Virus record (IMG/VR): IMGVR_UViG_3300046786_000086
Span: 1-29,797 of that record
Strand: one strand, 5' to 3'
DNA from: a virus
Lineage: Duplodnaviria; Caudoviricetes
DNA length: 29,797 nt
Shown: piece after piece, positions 25,341-29,797 of the stretch
How positions within the stretch are numbered: position 1 is the stretch's first letter
Layout: every line of letters begins with the position of its first letter
Translations under genes and position numbers: made by a program
The notes under the pieces: generated by a model
Database searches by the model: none
Seen by the model: the letters and a program-made list of their open reading frames with translations, nothing else
Told to the model about the DNA's origin: nothing

Positions 25341-26828
25341 ATGGCTGAAGCTATTGCACCACCATTAGACAAGCAAGCTGTACCACCTGCTATTGGTGGA
25401 GGCATGGTTGAAACTGTTACTCCTGCTAACCCTGGTAGTGAGTCATCTATTGCCAAAGTAACTTTGGATTATCCAACTCGTTTCAAAGAAATTGTTGCAG
25501 ACATTCCTAATGCAAATACGCCTGATGCACGGATGCGTATTGCAAACAATATTGCTGCACACGAAAAAGAAACAGAACAATATCGTCCTAACCAATCAAC
25601 CCAGTGGGATAAGGTCTTGGTCAACGTACTAAGCCGTAACTACAACGAGGCTTTGAAATGGTACAACGGAGGCGGTGTTAAGGAAAAAGAAGCACGAGAC
25701 ATTAACAACAATTTGTACTACAAAGAAGAGAACGAATTGGGTGTTACTGGTCGAATCAAAGATGGTTTGACTGGTCGTGTTTTAACACCTAAAGAGGTTG
25801 CCGCACTACAAGATCGTGGTGGTGTTTTTACTGATACGGACACCAAATCTTTGCAAACATTGCCTTGGACTCAAGGTAAATACAACGCTGAGTTGGCTAA
25901 CAAAGGTTTGACAAGCCAGTTGCAATTAGCGACCAATGATGCTTATAACTCTGCTCGTACTGCGGGTGGTGCTAACTTAAACATTGATGAGCAATTAAGT
26001 CTTGCTAATCGTTTAAAGCCTGTTCTTAATCACATCTCTTCATTGCCTGAAGACCAACGCAAACGCTTGCTTGGTTATGTAAGCCGACTCAATCAAATTG
26101 GCTCTTCATTAGGTTCACAACAAGAGCGTGGATTGAATGTTAATGCTGGCGGTCAACAAACTGTCGGTGCTAATGTTGGTGGAAACATTGGTACTGGAGC
26201 TACAGGTGTTGAAGGTGGCATTCCTCCTGCGGGTGCTAAAGTTGGTGTTGGTGGAAGCATGGGTGCTAATACATCTGCTTCTACACAAGCTGGCGCATCA
26301 GGCCGTGAGTCAACTTCAGGTTCTGCTTCTCGCAATGAAATGTTGCAAGAACAACAGAATCTTCAGCAAGCAATCTTCCAAGAACTGCAAGGTGTTATTA
26401 AGACTCCTGCTGAGTTCCAATCGTTCATTCGTTTGAATGCTTTGAATGCCGCTAACGATGCTGCTTACAAAAACATTCCAGAACACGTTAAGCCACCAAC
26501 ATGGAATACTGTTCCTGACACTGATCCATATACTGGCGGTGCAGAGGCAATGATTGCCAATCGTGTTAATCAACAGCGTAACAATGCTTTGATGGCGGCT
26601 TGGTCTAAAGAATTGTTGGCTTCTCAGCGAGAGATGGCAAGAACTGGTAAGACTGTAGACCTTGGTCAACTTGCTGACAACTTCCAAAAGTCTGAGATTT
26701 TCCAAGCTATTAACAATACCTTCCAACATAAGATGAGATCACAATTAGAAGGCAGAAGCATTCTTCCTCCTAAAGGTTCTTTGATGGTGAATGGTAGAAA
26801 TCAAATTGTGTTGTCACCAGGGGATTAA
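25341..26828 (+). CDS. Putative DNA ejection protein
   Basis: ATG at 25341 is well spaced from AAGGA (track starts at TTG 25335); helical and Gln/Asn-rich with a central Gly/Ser/Thr stretch. Confidence 0.7.
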   Translation: MAEAIAPPLDKQAVPPAIGGGMVETVTPANPGSESSIAKVTLDYPTRFKEIVADIPNANTPDARMRIANNIAAHEKETEQYRPNQSTQWDKVLVNVLSRNYNEALKWYNGGGVKEKEARDINNNLYYKEENELGVTGRIKDGLTGRVLTPKEVAALQDRGGVFTDTDTKSLQTLPWTQGKYNAELANKGLTSQLQLATNDAYNSARTAGGANLNIDEQLSLANRLKPVLNHISSLPEDQRKRLLGYVSRLNQIGSSLGSQQERGLNVNAGGQQTVGANVGGNIGTGATGVEGGIPPAGAKVGVGGSMGANTSASTQAGASGRESTSGSASRNEMLQEQQNLQQAIFQELQGVIKTPAEFQSFIRLNALNAANDAAYKNIPEHVKPPTWNTVPDTDPYTGGAEAMIANRVNQQRNNALMAAWSKELLASQREMARTGKTVDLGQLADNFQKSEIFQAINNTFQHKMRSQLEGRSILPPKGSLMVNGRNQIVLSPGD

Positions 26829-26831
26829 TAA

Positions 26832-28070
26832 ATGACTACGCCTTATGAAACACTTTCTAAAGAGGAAGCTAGTTCATTCCTCTTTGGTGGTCAGCCTCAA
26901 CAACAAATGGCTCCTCCACAAGCCGCTTCTGTAGAAGCAGCACCTCGTAAAACAAAGCCTATTGCCCCTCCTACAATGGGTACGCCTGTTGCGGGTGAAC
27001 TTAATGCTCCAAGTTTGGTGCAACAAGTTACTCAAGCTAATAAAGCGGTTCAGGCTCAGACCCCTGCTCCACAAGCTCCTTCTGCGGTTGGTGCATTGAT
27101 TGATCAAGTGGTCAGCAATTGGGCACTCCCTGCTTTGGGTTTGGGCGCTTTGGCTGCCGCAGGTTACTCAGGATATAAGGCAGGTAAAGGCGGTGAAGGT
27201 TTAAAGTCTAGAGACATTACTCAGCGCATTGAACCTACTATGGATGGCTCTGACTTGTCTAAGCCTACACCTACTGCTGTGCCTGTTCCTAAAGAAGAAC
27301 CACAGACTAAGTTTGCCAAAGACTTTGAAATTAAGTATGGTGTTCCATTGGCTACTGCTGAAGAAATTAGTGGTGGCAAGATTACTAAGCAGTGGGAAGC
27401 AGACATTGTTGGCAATGCCATCAAGAACCAGTTGCCTATTACTGTAAAAAAAGAAGCACCTGTTATTACAACGACAGCAACAACGCAACCTGCGACCATG
27501 GCGGCTCCAGTTGCTCCTACTGCTGAAGCTCCTTCTACTGTTGCACCCGTTGCTCCTGCTGAGAAACCTGCCTCAAAAGCTAAAAAGCCTATTGATCCTT
27601 CAGAAGCAGGTTTGACCAAAGAGCAGATTGGCATGAAGCGTTACTTAGAAAGCTTCTATGGCGGTGGTGAAGTTGGTGCAAAGACTTATGGTCAGGTTGG
27701 TGAGATTCTTGGCTATCGCCCTGCATTTGAACCAGGCAAAGGTGGTGGCCTTAAAGCTGAAGAAAATGCAATTATTAAAGGTTACCGCAAAGAAAACATT
27801 GAAGGACCTAAAGTCAATCTTGATAAAGACATGAAACGTGCTTTAAAGAGTGGCGCAGGTCTTGCTGCTTTGATGGCTATACCTGGCTTTGCAGATGCCG
27901 CTCAGAGAAAAGATTATGGTCGCATGGCTGATTTGGCTAGTGACTTTGTTGTGCCTCCTTTTGCTGGCTCAACCGAATTAGGTGTTTCAACACTTGGTGA
28001 GAAGCAAATGAAAGCTTTTGAAAATGCTCAAAAGTTAGGTAGCCCTTATCGTGCAATTCCACCGAGGTAA
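26832..28070 (+). CDS. Putative internal virion/ejection protein with a hydrophobic segment
   Basis: WALPALGLGALAAAGYSGY hydrophobic helix, Pro/Ala/Thr linkers; last gene before the membrane cluster. Confidence 0.7.
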   Translation: MTTPYETLSKEEASSFLFGGQPQQQMAPPQAASVEAAPRKTKPIAPPTMGTPVAGELNAPSLVQQVTQANKAVQAQTPAPQAPSAVGALIDQVVSNWALPALGLGALAAAGYSGYKAGKGGEGLKSRDITQRIEPTMDGSDLSKPTPTAVPVPKEEPQTKFAKDFEIKYGVPLATAEEISGGKITKQWEADIVGNAIKNQLPITVKKEAPVITTTATTQPATMAAPVAPTAEAPSTVAPVAPAEKPASKAKKPIDPSEAGLTKEQIGMKRYLESFYGGGEVGAKTYGQVGEILGYRPAFEPGKGGGLKAEENAIIKGYRKENIEGPKVNLDKDMKRALKSGAGLAALMAIPGFADAAQRKDYGRMADLASDFVVPPFAGSTELGVSTLGEKQMKAFENAQKLGSPYRAIPPR

Positions 28071-28072
28071 AT

Positions 28073-28300
28073 ATGTCTGAAGTATCACACGCCCAAATTT
28101 ATGAGCGCCTGATTGCGGTCGAAAACAAAGTAGACAGCATCGATAAAAATACCAGAGGTCTTGTTGACGCTATCCAAGCGGCTCAAGGTGCTGTCAAGGT
28201 ATTGAACTTTATTGCCTCATTTGCAAAACCTTTTATGTATTTAGGACTGGCAATTACCGCTGTTGGTATTGCTTGGCAAAACTTTAAATCTCACTTTTGA
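28073..28300 (+). CDS. Small coiled-coil protein with C-terminal TM helix (holin/XhlA-like)
   Basis: GAGG RBS; ERL..VE-x-KVD coil, then FMYLGLAITAVGIAW. Confidence 0.65.
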   Translation: MSEVSHAQIYERLIAVENKVDSIDKNTRGLVDAIQAAQGAVKVLNFIASFAKPFMYLGLAITAVGIAWQNFKSHF

Positions 28301-28301
28301 G

Positions 28302-28397
28302 ATGAAAGACTCCGTTGTCATATTGGCAGCGGTTAGTCTTCTTCTACTTGTCCTATGGGCAGTTTATGTAATGGCATGGTATTGGAGTGTTATATAA
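28302..28397 (+). CDS. 31-aa single-TM microprotein
   Basis: Missing from the ORF track. MKDSVVILAAVSLLLLVLWAVYVMAWYWSVI; starts 1 nt after the upstream stop and fills the gap. Confidence 0.55.
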   Translation: MKDSVVILAAVSLLLLVLWAVYVMAWYWSVI

Positions 28398-28411
28398 ACT
28401 GAGGACTTGAA

Positions 28412-28912
28412 ATGATTCCATTAGACCCAATTGCTGCGCTAGATGGCTTACAAAGTGCCATTAGCATGGTTAAGAAGGCTAGTAAGGTAGCCAATGATTT
28501 AGGCGGTCTTGCCCCAATGCTAGGCAAGATGTTCGATGCGAAGAGTCAGGCTACCAAGGCCATGCTCCAAGCAAAGATGGATAAGAAGGGTTCCAACATG
28601 GGAACCGCTCTTCAGATTGAAATGGCTCTTGAGCAAGCCAGAGCATTTGAAGAAGAGTTGAAGATGTTGTTCATGCAGACAGGCAAGATTGATGTCTGGA
28701 ACAAGATCAAAGCTCGTCAGGCTGAGATGGACTTGGCAGACGCTAAAGAGATGAAAGCTTTGAAGGCTGAAGCACAGAAGGCCAAAGAAGCTGAAGAAGA
28801 GCAGATGACTTATCTGATTGCAGGTTTGGCAATCGTGTTCTTTGTGGCCTTGATTGCCTTTGGTATATCCGAAATTGGTGATATGTGTGCCAAGGCGAGG
28901 TGTGGTCGGTGA
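28412..28912 (+). CDS. Coiled-coil protein with C-terminal TM helix
   Basis: GAGGA RBS; long helical region, YLIAGLAIVFFVALIAFGI, then C-x4-C tail. Confidence 0.8.
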   Translation: MIPLDPIAALDGLQSAISMVKKASKVANDLGGLAPMLGKMFDAKSQATKAMLQAKMDKKGSNMGTALQIEMALEQARAFEEELKMLFMQTGKIDVWNKIKARQAEMDLADAKEMKALKAEAQKAKEAEEEQMTYLIAGLAIVFFVALIAFGISEIGDMCAKARCGR

Positions 28913-29058
28913 ATGAGTATCAGAAACAATTTGACCTGTTTCTAAAGATATTTGTTCGGATGTGCGTGGCTTGGTGGGTGCTAGGTTTTCTGCGCTTCCT
29001 GCCTGATTCACTGTCCGATAAGATAGTGGCTAAACTATTGGGAATGGTTGGTTTATGA
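28909..29058 (+). CDS. 49-aa hydrophobic membrane protein
   Basis: Missing from the ORF track. GTG start, MNEYQKQFDLFLKIFVRMCVAWWVLGFLRFLPDSLSDKIVAKLLGMVGL; GTGA and ATGA overlaps on both sides; GAGG upstream. Confidence 0.75.
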   Translation: MNEYQKQFDLFLKIFVRMCVAWWVLGFLRFLPDSLSDKIVAKLLGMVGL

Positions 29059-29252
29059 AATACCTTGTGCTTTTGCTACTGCTTACCGGATGCAAAGATG
29101 TCTACAGGTATCCATGCCAGAACCCTGACAACTTTTACAAGCCTGAGTGTCAAAAGCCCAAATGCCTATTTACTCAGATGTGCCCTGAATATCTTGTAGC
29201 ACCCATCTTGGAGAAGAAAATTGAGCCAGAACCCAAAGTTGACACCAAGTGA
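29055..29252 (+). CDS. Small Cys-rich lipoprotein
   Basis: Signal MKYLVLLLL plus lipobox LTGC; four further Cys in the mature part. Confidence 0.85.
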   Translation: MKYLVLLLLLTGCKDVYRYPCQNPDNFYKPECQKPKCLFTQMCPEYLVAPILEKKIEPEPKVDTK

Positions 29253-29721
29253 TATTGAGGTAAGGGTATGGGGATTTGTGGTCATTGTGGTGACCCTTAT
29301 CCTTTGCTTTATTGTTGTTGCCCTGCTTTACTCGGTGACCTTTGTTACTCAGCCAATCAAGTCAATGGCTCCGATTGACCAGGCATACACCAAGATGTTG
29401 AACGACATTGTGTTGCTTATCGTTGGTGGCATTGGTGGGGTGATGACTAAACGTGTGGTGAGTTCTGCCGCTAATGCTTTGACACCTACACAAACATATC
29501 CACAAGGTGGCAGTGGAGGTTCATGCCCACAAGCACAAGCTTCTTTCGGTGCATCACCAGTAGTTGCTGGTCAACCTTTTGGACAGATGCCTGTTTGGGT
29601 AAATCCTCAACTCGATGAGTCTTGGACACCTGGTCCACCGCCACAAACGCCTTCCGATCACTTACATTCTGAACGTGAGGATATTGCAATGGAGCGGGCA
29701 AATGCACGGAGTGAGACATGA
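29221..29721 (+). CDS. Two-TM membrane protein (holin-like) with Pro-rich tail
   Basis: TTG start after GGAGA; TM1 VWGFVVIVVTLILCFIVVALLYSV, TM2 IVLLIVGGIGGVM. Confidence 0.7.
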   Translation: MSQNPKLTPSDIEVRVWGFVVIVVTLILCFIVVALLYSVTFVTQPIKSMAPIDQAYTKMLNDIVLLIVGGIGGVMTKRVVSSAANALTPTQTYPQGGSGGSCPQAQASFGASPVVAGQPFGQMPVWVNPQLDESWTPGPPPQTPSDHLHSEREDIAMERANARSET

Positions 29722-29797
29722 GCTTACTAAACCCCTATGTAATCTTAGGTGCTGTTGTTACTGCAATATGTGTCTATTTCTATGGGCATCATGCGGG
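29718..29797 (+). CDS. Partial Rz/i-spanin-like protein (5' end)
   Basis: ATGA-coupled; MSLLNPYVILGAVVTAICVYFYGHHA.. N-terminal TM anchor; runs off the window. Confidence 0.55.
   Translation, partial: MSLLNPYVILGAVVTAICVYFYGHHA

Noticed and set aside
28520-29011. 163-aa minus-strand ORF and other short antisense or alternate-frame ORFs in the track
   Set aside because: They overlap well-supported, tightly coupled plus-strand genes and show no recognisable motifs
1212-29721. Stop-codon reassignment (no called gene ends in TAG)
   Set aside because: All genes are intact under the standard code with no in-frame TAG, so this is ordinary TAG avoidance

Overview
The window is the morphogenesis (late) arm of a tailed dsDNA bacteriophage, most consistent with a short-tailed (podovirus-like) phage of a Gram-negative host. 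The host is inferred from a lipobox protein and an Rz-like gene. After a ~1.1 kb divergent non-coding control region, about 36 genes run on the + strand with tight coupling. They are: a GNAT-fold protein, small terminase, several small basic or hypothetical genes, a P22-like large terminase, portal, scaffold, major capsid protein, adaptor, a Thr-rich collagen-like fibre, two tandem paralogous beta-rich virion proteins, a fibre-assembly chaperone, a GT2-TPR glycosyltransferase, an inserted HNH endonuclease, tail nozzle, a tail fibre with an S74 chaperone, five ejection-like proteins and seven membrane/lysis-type genes. A leftward gene starts at 109. The least explained part is 110-1211. It holds a D-armless tRNA-like RNA directly upstream of the GNAT gene, a probable ~260-nt leftward non-coding RNA with its own sigma70 promoter and palindromic operator, DnaA boxes, flanking A-tract direct repeats and G/C tracts. 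The other leading candidate system is collagen fibre plus GT2-TPR enzyme (virion glycosylation). All product calls come from motif recognition and synteny by eye; no searches or folding programs were run.
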